DNA of 64,000 nucleotides from Candidatus Bathyarchaeota archaeon (lineage in GTDB: Archaea; Thermoproteota; Bathyarchaeia; Bathyarchaeales; Bathycorpusculaceae), in NCBI GenBank assembly GCA_963733095.1, contig CAVTBV010000012.1:352001-416000 (forward strand), read 5' to 3'. The notes under the pieces are model-generated. The model made no database searches. It was given only the letters and a program-made list of their open reading frames with translations, and was not told the origin of the DNA. Shown here piece by piece: positions 9,950-19,235 of the stretch (the stretch's first letter is position 1; each line of letters starts with the position of its first letter). A program made the translations under genes and the position numbers.

Positions 9950-10741
9950 ATGAGAAAAATGACACAAACCGAAGAAGAATCGATTGAAATATTCACAAGT
10001 TTAGGACTTACATATGTGCAAGCAAAACTGTATTTAGCCATTGTCAGACTTGGGAGCATCGGCGGCGACGTTAAAAAAATTTCTCGCGAATCAAGTGTGG
10101 TTCGACAAGACATCTACAGAGTTTTACCCAGTCTACAAAAACTCGGATTAACCGAAAAAATAATCTCTAAACCAACAAGCTACAGGGCAATTCCCCTAGA
10201 AAAAGGATTTTCCACACTCCTAAACAAAAAAACCAGTGAATATTCTGATCTCAAGAAAAAGGCAAAGACAGTTTTTGACAAAGTTGCTTTATGCGCCACT
10301 AAAGGTGATGCTGATGAAGACCCGCAGTTTGTAATAACTTCAGAGAGAGAACTTTTCCTAAGAAAAGTCAAAGAAGACATTGAAGAAACAAAGTCCTGCA
10401 TCCGGGTGATATACTCAAAAGAAAGAATGAGCATAATTGCGTTTCACACAGGAGATCAACTTGAAAAAGCCATGGCAAGGGGTATTAAAATTCAGGCTCT
10501 CACAGACAAATCACAAGAGAATACACTGGACAGAAACATCCAAATGCTCAAGAAAAACCCAGCCTTTGAGCTCAGATTTGTCGAAGAGGTTACTGTCGGT
10601 TTAATAATTTTCGATTATAAAGAAGTTAACCTTCGTATGGCAAAAACCATAGTTCCGAGTCTATGGACAAATAACCGAAACGTTGCGAAACTAGCGGATA
10701 TGTATTTTGAGAATCTCTGGAAAAAAGCCCCAACAGAATAA
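9950..10741 (+). CDS. TrmB-family transcriptional regulator
   Basis: N-terminal LGLT..QAKLY wHTH with RQDIYRVL..LQKLGL..P..YRA. C-terminal effector domain ending LWTNN..YFENLW. Confidence 0.85.
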   Translation: MRKMTQTEEESIEIFTSLGLTYVQAKLYLAIVRLGSIGGDVKKISRESSVVRQDIYRVLPSLQKLGLTEKIISKPTSYRAIPLEKGFSTLLNKKTSEYSDLKKKAKTVFDKVALCATKGDADEDPQFVITSERELFLRKVKEDIEETKSCIRVIYSKERMSIIAFHTGDQLEKAMARGIKIQALTDKSQENTLDRNIQMLKKNPAFELRFVEEVTVGLIIFDYKEVNLRMAKTIVPSLWTNNRNVAKLADMYFENLWKKAPTE

Positions 10742-10883
10742 AACGCAAAAAAAATACTCCTCAATATTCCATGTGTTTAGTAAAGAAGTGCCTCTTTCGT
10801 GTTTTTTTGGTTTATGGGCGATTTTACGGAAACTTTATTATGTATTCGAACGGTTTTTAGAACACCTCAATGAGGAACCTTGG

Positions 10884-12164
10884 ATGACAGAAACCTCTGA
10901 AGCCTATGGAACAAGAGAAAATTGGCCACCTTACACTTACAGGGATTACCCCGGCATAAAACCAGAAGCCTACGAAGCCTTCATGAAATTCCTGAACACA
11001 GAGAACACTTCAGGCAGACTGATGGAACTGCAACCATGGGTTTCCGTTTGCGATTCGAAATGCGCATTCTGTTATTTCCCAACCACAGCATCAAGCAAAG
11101 TGCAGATTGAACCCTACCTTGACCTCCTCAAAAAAGAACTTGCCATGTACGCCAAAACCAAATATGTTAAAACCAGCGTGTTTGACGAAATTGTTTTGGG
11201 CGGCGGAACTCCCAGCGTGCTTAGCGCTGAACAAATTATTGATTTAATCGATTTCTGCAAAGCTAACTTTAACACTAGTAAAGAATACTTTATCAAAGTC
11301 ACTGGTTCCTCAAAGACGCTGGCGATTCCAAAAATCGACAAGTTGGCAGAGTACGGTGTCTACCAGATGGACATGGGCGCACAAACCTTCGACGACAAAC
11401 TACGCAAAGCGTTGTGCTTGCCCGATAGCGCCATTGATGTCGAGAGAGCAATAAAGCATGCTAGAAAACTTGGGTTAGTGGTCTGCGTTGACTTAATGTA
11501 TAATTTGCCCGGGCAAACAATGGAAAGCTGGGTTGACACGCTCAAGAAAACCATCGAGTTGGATGCAGAAGTTGACGCTTACTCGTTACATGTAGATCCA
11601 GGAACTATTTTAGAGAAAATGATTAAAAACGGCACCTCCCCACCACAAGGCGACGCCGAGAACGAGAAACAAATGTTCATAACCGCACACAAAATGCTCA
11701 CCGATGCAGGCTATAAAGCAGTGGGTCATGACCGCTATAGCCGCGTTGAATGGCATATGCGTGAAAACTGCCTTAACGGCTGGCCATGGGGAGGCATCTT
11801 AACCACTGGTGCAGGCTGCTTTATGGGTTACCTGCAGAAATTCTCATATTCCAACATCGAAAACATCAACGAGTACATGGATACAGTGAAGTTGGGTAAA
11901 CTGCCCATCTGCAGACTATCCGAATCAACAACTGAAGACATGATGCGCAGAACTATGACAAGACTCTACCTCCGACTGCCAGTCAGCAAAAAAGAGTTCA
12001 TGGAGAAATTCAACACCACTCCCGAGCAAGTGTTTCCAAAGCAACTGCAGAAACTTAAAGAGCAAGGGTTAATCGAGATTGATGACAAAGAAATTCGCCT
12101 AACAAAGAAGGGCGAACTTTGGAAAGGCAACATTGCTTGGGAATTCGCACCCAACCATGCTTAA
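10884..12164 (+). CDS. HemN/HemW-like radical SAM protein
   Basis: CDSKCAFC, GGGTPS, DLMYNLPGQT and a C-terminal IRLTKKG HemN_C-like domain. Start inferred at ATG 10884. Confidence 0.8.
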   Translation: MTETSEAYGTRENWPPYTYRDYPGIKPEAYEAFMKFLNTENTSGRLMELQPWVSVCDSKCAFCYFPTTASSKVQIEPYLDLLKKELAMYAKTKYVKTSVFDEIVLGGGTPSVLSAEQIIDLIDFCKANFNTSKEYFIKVTGSSKTLAIPKIDKLAEYGVYQMDMGAQTFDDKLRKALCLPDSAIDVERAIKHARKLGLVVCVDLMYNLPGQTMESWVDTLKKTIELDAEVDAYSLHVDPGTILEKMIKNGTSPPQGDAENEKQMFITAHKMLTDAGYKAVGHDRYSRVEWHMRENCLNGWPWGGILTTGAGCFMGYLQKFSYSNIENINEYMDTVKLGKLPICRLSESTTEDMMRRTMTRLYLRLPVSKKEFMEKFNTTPEQVFPKQLQKLKEQGLIEIDDKEIRLTKKGELWKGNIAWEFAPNHA

Positions 12165-12284
12165 TTTTTTCCATTAAGCTTTCAGTTGATTTTTTTTATC
12201 TGTCGAGAATGAGCCTGTTTTTAATTTTAGTCTAATTAATTAAAAGAAAAATAAAGGAAGGGAAAGGTTGTTTCCCTATTGGTT

Positions 12285-14903
12285 TTAGGCGTGTTTTTTA
12301 ACCGTTGACCAGACAACTATGGCTGCGAGGACGATGATTGCAACGATCATGACAACAGAGAGCGGTAGGAAGTATAGGTCTGCGTTCGATTGTGGTACTG
12401 CTGTGGTTGGCGCGGGAGTAATGTCTGGTGCTGCCATTACGTTGAATGCAGTTTCGGATGATGATTGCCAATAAGAGTTCGAGCCTGCGAATGTAGCGAT
12501 TACTGTGTAGGTTCCTGGGACGTCTGGAGTGTATGCTTTTGCGAACATTCCGTTTGCGTCGGTTGTGGTGGTTCCGATGACGAAAGAGTTACCGTTCGGG
12601 TCGATGGTTGTTAAGGTCACTGTTACGCCTGTTACGTTTGTTGGGCATGGTCCTTGTTGGTAGACGTATTGCATCCATCCAGTCTGACTTGCGTCTGAGA
12701 CTGCTGGAACGCCATTTGGAAAGTCTGCTGCTTGTTGTTTTTGTGTTGTGCCGGCTGAAATGTCCATTACTGAGCCCTGTATGAGTACGTTGTTTCCTTG
12801 TGGAATGACGTTGGTTTGGATGTTGACGTTGGTGTTGCTTGGTCCTTTGCCTACGACGTATACTTGTCCGTCATATGCGTTAGCGAATGCCATGTAGCCG
12901 TCAGCGATAGCGATGGGTGCCATGGATGTGCCAAGTCCTGAAGCTGACCAATCTGGAAGTGCCCAGAGTTCTTGTCCAGTGAAGGAGTCTATAGCGCGTG
13001 CCATGTATCCTCTGTATAATGGTGTGTTGGGGGAGTGCTCTCCTGACATTGTGTATACTATGCCGTCTGCAAATCCTGCAATGTGAGTTGGGTAATTGCC
13101 CCATGCAGTGTTGTCGCCGGTAGCTGTGCTGTTTGCACCTACACCGTTGCCGTAAGTCCACAGTAGGGTGCCGTTTGACATTGAGTAGCAGTAGACAACT
13201 CCGCCGTAGCCGCTAACGTAGAGGTTTCCGTATGCGGGCAAACCTTCGCGTGAGCTGTAGTATTGGAATCCGTTTTGAGCGCGGTCACTTGGACCCCAAA
13301 CTAGTTTTCCATCGGCGAGGCTGTAGGCGAGTCGTTGACCAGTTTCAAAGTATGTCATTGTCCATTCGCGTGTTACTGGATCGATTGGTTGTAAGGCTAA
13401 CATTTCGGTCTGGTTGTTTTCGGGTGCTGCGTATCTTTGAATCCATGAAAGTTGTCCTTGACTGCCGTCTTTGGCACTTAAAGCCCACATTGTCCATGGG
13501 TTGCTGTTTGGTCTAGGTGCTGAAGTTAAGCTAACACTACTGCTGCTGCCAAGTATTATATCGCCTGGGATGACGCCGACGATGCTTGGGTTTGCGGTGC
13601 CTGTTAAATCGTCTGTGATGGTGACGTTCCATGAGTAGGAAGCAGGTGTGCTTTCGTTAACGAATACACCTAAGTTGGAATTGATAGCAAATCCAGTGTT
13701 AGTTGGCCATGCGTATTGACCTGCAGCGACTGATCCAGAGTGTCCAGGATTGCTTGTTATAACTAGAGTTGAATTCCAAAGAGCTAACCAGCCTTGTTTT
13801 AGGTTAGTGTTGTAGCTGAATACGTATCGGTCGATTTCACCGTTGTTCAGGTAAACTTCAGTGCCTGAAGGAACGTTTGTAAGGTTGAATAGGAAAGTTC
13901 CGTCAAATGCGTTATAGCCCATCCATGTTGAGCCAGAAGTCTGCCATAGTATGCCTCCGACCATTCCGTGCTGGTTTGGTGACTGGAAATCAATCAGTTG
14001 TGCTTTTGAGGGGTTAAGTGTGCTGCTTGTCCAAAGTGTTTGTCCAGTTGTTAGGTCCACTGCATTAAGGACTCCGCCAGATCCAGCTTCGCTCAAAGGT
14101 GATTGGTAGTAGAGGATTCCGCTTAAGATCATTGGATTGTTGAATCGTGTGTTGTATGAGAAACCGGAGTAGAAAGTTGCCGCTGTATCGTTCACTTGAG
14201 CTGTGTTGCCAGCCTGAGTTACGACGCCACCGGTTAAACCGCCTAGTTCGAGGGGTTTGGTCCACAATACGTGTGCACTTCTTGGTGCTGCACCGTTTTG
14301 TTGCCAATAGTTAGCTGTAGCTGCTCCGCCAAGCCAGTTTGACCCGATAGAATCCCACAGAATGTTCATGCCGTTTATTGGTCGTGTCCAGAATGCGCTT
14401 GGAAGTGGATTTTCAGTGAATGTTGGCACTGGGTCTTGTTGCACTGTAAAGGTTGTTGTGAAATTGCTTGGTGTGTAGTAGTCACCTTGGTAGGCTCCGC
14501 CGAAGTCATATACTTGTCCTGGAAAGCTGAAAAACAGTGTGTATGTTCCAACTTGGTCGGGTGTGAAGGCATAATATTGTGATGATGTTGGGTCGCTAAC
14601 AACTGGAAAACTTTGGGTTACAACTGTTCCATCTGGTTTTGTGATAGTGAACTGGTAGTCGTGGAATCGAATGTTGTTGGTAAGATCTACACCGTTTATG
14701 GTGTTGTCAAGCCAACCGAAGATAAGCATCTGTTGACCTACACCAATTGGGTTAGGCGTAGCTGCAGCATATGCGTAGGTAGTGATTATCCATGCAGGCG
14801 TATGGGCACTAGCGTTTGGTATAAGTATCGTTGAAGCTCCTATAGAAATTGTTAAGAATACTGCAATCAAAATGGCCAAAGCTTTTGTTTTAAGATTTTG
14901 CAT
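12285..14903 (-). CDS. Secreted PQQ-like beta-propeller surface protein (paralog 4)
   Basis: Closest to paralog 1 (shared FQYYSSREGLPAYGN, GEHSPNTPLY, QQAADFPNGVPA). Signal peptide and TM anchor present. Confidence 0.85.
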   Translation of the reverse strand: MQNLKTKALAILIAVFLTISIGASTILIPNASAHTPAWIITTYAYAAATPNPIGVGQQMLIFGWLDNTINGVDLTNNIRFHDYQFTITKPDGTVVTQSFPVVSDPTSSQYYAFTPDQVGTYTLFFSFPGQVYDFGGAYQGDYYTPSNFTTTFTVQQDPVPTFTENPLPSAFWTRPINGMNILWDSIGSNWLGGAATANYWQQNGAAPRSAHVLWTKPLELGGLTGGVVTQAGNTAQVNDTAATFYSGFSYNTRFNNPMILSGILYYQSPLSEAGSGGVLNAVDLTTGQTLWTSSTLNPSKAQLIDFQSPNQHGMVGGILWQTSGSTWMGYNAFDGTFLFNLTNVPSGTEVYLNNGEIDRYVFSYNTNLKQGWLALWNSTLVITSNPGHSGSVAAGQYAWPTNTGFAINSNLGVFVNESTPASYSWNVTITDDLTGTANPSIVGVIPGDIILGSSSSVSLTSAPRPNSNPWTMWALSAKDGSQGQLSWIQRYAAPENNQTEMLALQPIDPVTREWTMTYFETGQRLAYSLADGKLVWGPSDRAQNGFQYYSSREGLPAYGNLYVSGYGGVVYCYSMSNGTLLWTYGNGVGANSTATGDNTAWGNYPTHIAGFADGIVYTMSGEHSPNTPLYRGYMARAIDSFTGQELWALPDWSASGLGTSMAPIAIADGYMAFANAYDGQVYVVGKGPSNTNVNIQTNVIPQGNNVLIQGSVMDISAGTTQKQQAADFPNGVPAVSDASQTGWMQYVYQQGPCPTNVTGVTVTLTTIDPNGNSFVIGTTTTDANGMFAKAYTPDVPGTYTVIATFAGSNSYWQSSSETAFNVMAAPDITPAPTTAVPQSNADLYFLPLSVVMIVAIIVLAAIVVWSTVKKHA

Positions 14904-15115
14904 TTAGTTCTCTCTCCTTAATTCGGTAGCAAGGCAAACAAGCAATAACCTTATAAGACTTATGGAAAACTTGTCTCTGATTACAAGTTAGAAGTTTAAA
15001 ATTAGAATTTTTGCATCGGTTTATTCCCAACTGGAATTTAAATGGGAACATAGGCACCCGGCTAATTTCTTCAACAAAATAATGCCCGACGCTAAAAAGA
15101 CAGCATAATTGAAAA

Positions 15116-15184
15116 AGTTCTCTATGACCTATGGATTAATTCTGAAATGCAAAGCAGACATAGTACAATTAAAGAACTGCAGCA
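15116..15184 (-). ncRNA. Degenerate copy 4 of the upstream structured element
   Basis: TCTG-AAATGCAAAG-CAGA hairpin nested in CTATG/CATAG and AGTTCT/AGAACT, ending CAGC. BHB partner strand absent. Confidence 0.35.
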
Positions 15185-15237
15185 TTTTTTTGCAAAAATT
15201 AAGGTTTATAAATAAAAAAAGAAAAGAGATTGGGAAT

Positions 15238-15891
15238 TTAATGGTGCTTCATCGGTTGAATGCCATACCACGTCATTACTTTGCCTAGTATTGGCACTAT
15301 CACACCTAAGGCAATGCCGGGCACAAAGTTAGTTACGACTGCCAACACTGGGTCCTGCGCCCAAGAGTCTTGAGCCATCTGTCTTGCGGGTGCAAGCGAG
15401 ATAGTGTAGTTCATGTAAGCTTTGAGTACTGCAACTATCACTGAAGCAGTGAATCCTGCACCAATCATTCGTTTGAAGTTGGTTGAGCCGTTGTTGAGTG
15501 CGCCAGCCATGTAGCCGATTATAACACCGTAGACAATCCAGTAGAGCATGCTGATGTCGCCAAAGAAGTTGTAAGAAGTTACACCTGCACTTGCATAAAT
15601 TCCGTTATATTGACCTGCTTGAGCTACATAATAGAGGCCGCCCATTATGAAGCCCGCTGCTCCGCCTGCCCACTTATTCCATAAAAGGCCCAAAACCAGC
15701 GGGATACCGAGAATAATCATTTCAGCAAAGCCGTTAACGAGTATGACAGCAATAGTGTTCGTTGCACCTATAACATGGTATGTTCCGCCAACGTTGACGT
15801 AGACTGCGAGGACATAGATGAGTAAAAACAGGATTAATGGTATAATTATGCCTGCGAAGATGTCTGCTAGTTTAAATTTGTTTTCTTCCAT
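15238..15891 (-). CDS. Integral membrane protein (ECF S-component-like, about 5-6 TM)
   Basis: Hydrophobic helices with a LGLLWNKWAGGAAGFIMG motif. Confidence 0.6.
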   Translation of the reverse strand: MEENKFKLADIFAGIIIPLILFLLIYVLAVYVNVGGTYHVIGATNTIAVILVNGFAEMIILGIPLVLGLLWNKWAGGAAGFIMGGLYYVAQAGQYNGIYASAGVTSYNFFGDISMLYWIVYGVIIGYMAGALNNGSTNFKRMIGAGFTASVIVAVLKAYMNYTISLAPARQMAQDSWAQDPVLAVVTNFVPGIALGVIVPILGKVMTWYGIQPMKHH

Positions 15892-16054
15892 TTTTTATCC
15901 CTTTTAAATTATTTACGGTGCGAGTTGTTAATAAATTTAATGCTTACAAGCTTGCCATACAAACTAAAATTCTACAAATAAATAACAATAAATTACTTAC
16001 CCTAACAAAGGGACAAAGAAAAAATAAAGAGAGAGGAGGTTTTTAGGCGCGTTT

Positions 16055-17350
16055 TTATCTTGCCATTTTTATGTTGCTGGCTAGCGGCAGTCTTGATGGA
16101 CAGACATAAGAGCATGTTCCACATGCGATGCAGTCCTTGGACCAAAGTTTCTCGGCCTTAGCAAAGTCGCCTTTTATGACAGCGTTGTAGATTGCCACTG
16201 GTTGTAGACGTGCTGGGCATGCGCTTACACATCTGCCACAGTGGATGCATGCGGTGGTTTTCTGATCTTTCTTAGCTTTGCTTTTCGCGAAGTAGATTAT
16301 GCTTGAGGTGCGTTTTGTTATTGGAGCGTCGATGGTTTGTAGTGCTACACCCATCATGACTCCACCGACCACGACTGAGCCTAAGTCAGATACGTTAACG
16401 TTGTTTGCGGTAAGGATACTGCTGATCGGGGTACCGATTTTAACCATGAGATTTTTGGGTTTTGCAACATCACCGTTGAGGGTTGTAACTCTGGATATGA
16501 GCGGTTCGCCTTCGAAGACTGCGTTTGCGATGGCGTTTATTGTTGAGACGTTTTGTACTATGGTGCCCATTTCGTAGCTGCGTTTGCCTGAGGGTGTTTC
16601 GTAGCCTAAGATTGCTTTTTGTAGCATACCTGCGTCTCCCTGCTGGTAGGTCAGGTGTTTTGCGACGACTTCGGTGTCGGGTTCTTTGGCGAATGCTGCT
16701 TGAAGTTTAGGTATAGCTTCAACTTTGCTGTCTTTGGTTACGACGACAACTTTGGGGTTTCCGAGAATTTTGCGTATGACTCTTACTCCGCGGACCAAGT
16801 TGTCAGTTTTCTCGATCATTAAGCGTTCGTCTGCTGTATCGTATGGTTCGCCTTCTGAACCGTTGACGATGAGGTACTTGATTTTTTTGTCTTTAGGAAT
16901 GGCTAGTTTGACACTGGTTGGGAAGCCTGCACCACCTAAACCGATGATGCCTGCTTCGCGGATTATTTTCAGAAGTTCCTCAGTTGATGTGTCTTTTAGT
17001 TCTGATTCAGAGATGGATGAGATGCTTTTGTCTTTGGTTTTTTTTCCGTCGTTTTCGATGAAGATAGCTTCGGTGGGTGCTTCAAAACAGCTGTTGTAGG
17101 CGTTTTCGATTTTGATGACTTTTCCACAGATTGAGCTGTGAACCGGTGCGCTTATGCGTTCTTTAGCGTCTGCAATTTTCTGGCCGATGATTACAGTGTC
17201 GCCAACAGAAACAAGGGGAGTGTTTGTTGCTCCGCTTTGTTGGTTGGTTAGCATAACTGCTATTTTGGGGTCTGGAAAGATTTCAATCGGTGTTTTTCTT
17301 GCGATGTCTTTTACTTCTTTTATAGCAACTAAATTTGCCATTTTGTTCAT
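16055..17350 (-). CDS. rnfC: Rnf complex subunit C (RnfC-like)
   Basis: APVHSSICG, GIIGLGGAGFPT, NGSEGEPY..AD, GGVMMG, and two CxxCxxCxxxCP ferredoxin motifs. Confidence 0.85.
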   Translation of the reverse strand: MNKMANLVAIKEVKDIARKTPIEIFPDPKIAVMLTNQQSGATNTPLVSVGDTVIIGQKIADAKERISAPVHSSICGKVIKIENAYNSCFEAPTEAIFIENDGKKTKDKSISSISESELKDTSTEELLKIIREAGIIGLGGAGFPTSVKLAIPKDKKIKYLIVNGSEGEPYDTADERLMIEKTDNLVRGVRVIRKILGNPKVVVVTKDSKVEAIPKLQAAFAKEPDTEVVAKHLTYQQGDAGMLQKAILGYETPSGKRSYEMGTIVQNVSTINAIANAVFEGEPLISRVTTLNGDVAKPKNLMVKIGTPISSILTANNVNVSDLGSVVVGGVMMGVALQTIDAPITKRTSSIIYFAKSKAKKDQKTTACIHCGRCVSACPARLQPVAIYNAVIKGDFAKAEKLWSKDCIACGTCSYVCPSRLPLASNIKMAR

Positions 17351-18462
17351 CTCCCAAAGGCTTTGTTGATACGTACACGATCAATAAGTGGTACTGTTAG
17401 GTTCATGATTAACAGTGCTAGCAATGAACCGCCGAAGAAGCCCATAAATGTTTGTATCAGAATGGTCAAAATTGCGAGGCCAACGCCGAAGATGATTTGT
17501 CCCACTCCGCTAAACGGCGTGGTTGCCGGATCAGTTGCCATGAAGAACGCCATGAATATTGAACTGCCGATGAATAGCTCGAAGAATAATCTTGTAGTCA
17601 AGTCTGCGTCCCCGAATATGAATGAGAAAATCAAAGATAACACTGCGATTGCGATGAGGTAGCTGGCGGTAATTCTCCATTTGAAGTATTTGCGTCCAAT
17701 TGCAAAGAGCGCGATGCCTGCGACGATAACTGCGATACTGCTTGCTCCGCCGACCCATCCGTGGTATTTTGCCAGAAACATTACTGATTCTATGCTAGCT
17801 GGAGATTGAGCGGTGGGCAAGCCATAGCAGGCTTGTAGGTAGCTGCCAAATGTGGCGCCACCGTTTCCATTCACGATGGAAGTTGCGCCGATTCCAGCTG
17901 TTAGTGCGGGAACTTGCAGAAGTCCGGTTTTTAGGTGGAATGCAGTTATGAGGGTTGTTGGTAGTGAAGGAAGCAGTACGAGGAATTTGGCTGCTGCTGC
18001 GGGGTTAACTAGTTTTCTGCCTGCGAGGCTCATGACTTTTTTGAAGACAACAAGGCCTAAGAGCGAGATAATGGCGATGTAATAGAATGCAAGAGGTGCT
18101 TCAACGGGTACTCCGGTTTCCAAACCCACTGCCATTGATGGGAAACCTAGAGTAAAACAGTTGATGACGATTAAACCGAAGACTGCTGCGGACCACGTGT
18201 TAACTTCACTGTCAGCGGTAAATTTGCCGATTCCAAAGTCCATTAAGACAGCTAAGCCGACAGCGATGAGTGCTCCTATGGCAACTGTCTCTCCAAGGTT
18301 CCATCCGGATGGAGTTGTGACTTGTGACCATAAAGCTGCTGAAACAATGGTTACTGCGAGGATAGCGAAGAATGTGTACTGCATCATACGATTCTTAGTC
18401 ATTGTACCGTGTATGTGTGGTGCTGATTTTACGACTAGTTCATTTGAGGATTCGTTACTCAT
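17347..18462 (-). CDS. rnfD: Rnf complex subunit D (RnfD-like)
   Basis: SAPHIH, NPAA and AFFMATDPATTP motifs, multi-TM. Overlaps the rnfC start (ATGA). Start set at MSNESS. Confidence 0.85.
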   Translation of the reverse strand: MSNESSNELVVKSAPHIHGTMTKNRMMQYTFFAILAVTIVSAALWSQVTTPSGWNLGETVAIGALIAVGLAVLMDFGIGKFTADSEVNTWSAAVFGLIVINCFTLGFPSMAVGLETGVPVEAPLAFYYIAIISLLGLVVFKKVMSLAGRKLVNPAAAAKFLVLLPSLPTTLITAFHLKTGLLQVPALTAGIGATSIVNGNGGATFGSYLQACYGLPTAQSPASIESVMFLAKYHGWVGGASSIAVIVAGIALFAIGRKYFKWRITASYLIAIAVLSLIFSFIFGDADLTTRLFFELFIGSSIFMAFFMATDPATTPFSGVGQIIFGVGLAILTILIQTFMGFFGGSLLALLIMNLTVPLIDRVRINKAFGR

Positions 18463-18673
18463 TTTTTTTACCTTCTCAAATAAAGAGGTATCTCTAAGCG
18501 CTGTCTTATTAAACTTTTTCAGTAACATGCAGTAGAAGTCAAAGAGGGATAGTCTAAACTTTAGAACACAAGATTTTCATCCCAATGTTGATTGTTAAAA
18601 TGGTAAAAAGCTGCTAGAGTTAAGCAAAGCTAATACACCTAAAAAAGCAAGTACCAATGGTCGAGGCAAAAAA

Positions 18674-19129
18674 TTGAGGGATGCGAACACTGATGAGCTT
18701 GAAGGCACCACATTAATAGTGTACTTGTACGCCGTAAAAAAGGGCAAGCCCGTTGGTCCCAGAGATGTCATGAAGAGTGTCAATCTCAGCAGCCCCAGCG
18801 TTGCCTACAGGCACTTGCAGAAACTCGACGACTCAGGCTACATACAGAAGAACGAGTACGGTGAATACACCGTCAAACGAAAAGCGCACATTGGAGGACA
18901 CGTTTGGCTTGGACACCGCCTTTACCCAAAGATGTGGCTCTACGCACTGCTCTTTTTAGTAATCTTAATCGTTGAACTTTTTGTTTTAATAATACATTTT
19001 CGTGTGGAAACAAATGAATTCAAAGTTTTTTTCCTGTTGTTAACACTCATTACTGGTTTGGCGCTTGCGGTTTTTGCGGTTGAAGGGTATCTGCAGAAAC
19101 GGCGAAAAATCGGCGGCTCAACCGAATAG
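18674..19129 (+). CDS. Membrane-anchored wHTH protein
   Basis: GPRDVMKSVNLSSPSVAYRHLQKL HTH followed by two TM helices. Confidence 0.7.
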   Translation: MRDANTDELEGTTLIVYLYAVKKGKPVGPRDVMKSVNLSSPSVAYRHLQKLDDSGYIQKNEYGEYTVKRKAHIGGHVWLGHRLYPKMWLYALLFLVILIVELFVLIIHFRVETNEFKVFFLLLTLITGLALAVFAVEGYLQKRRKIGGSTE

Positions 19130-19235
19130 ATCCGTTGACTTGGTTCGTTTCTGCGGGTTTTTCAAAATATTGGAAAAGCTGTTTCTTAGGGGAAGTTTTA
19201 TATCGATACACGGATTTTATCTTGACTTGATTTAA

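Noticed and set aside
856-14903. Diversity-generating retroelement or invertase-driven shuffling of the paralogs
   Set aside because: No reverse transcriptase, recombinase or TR/VR pair with adenine-specific mismatches seen in the window.
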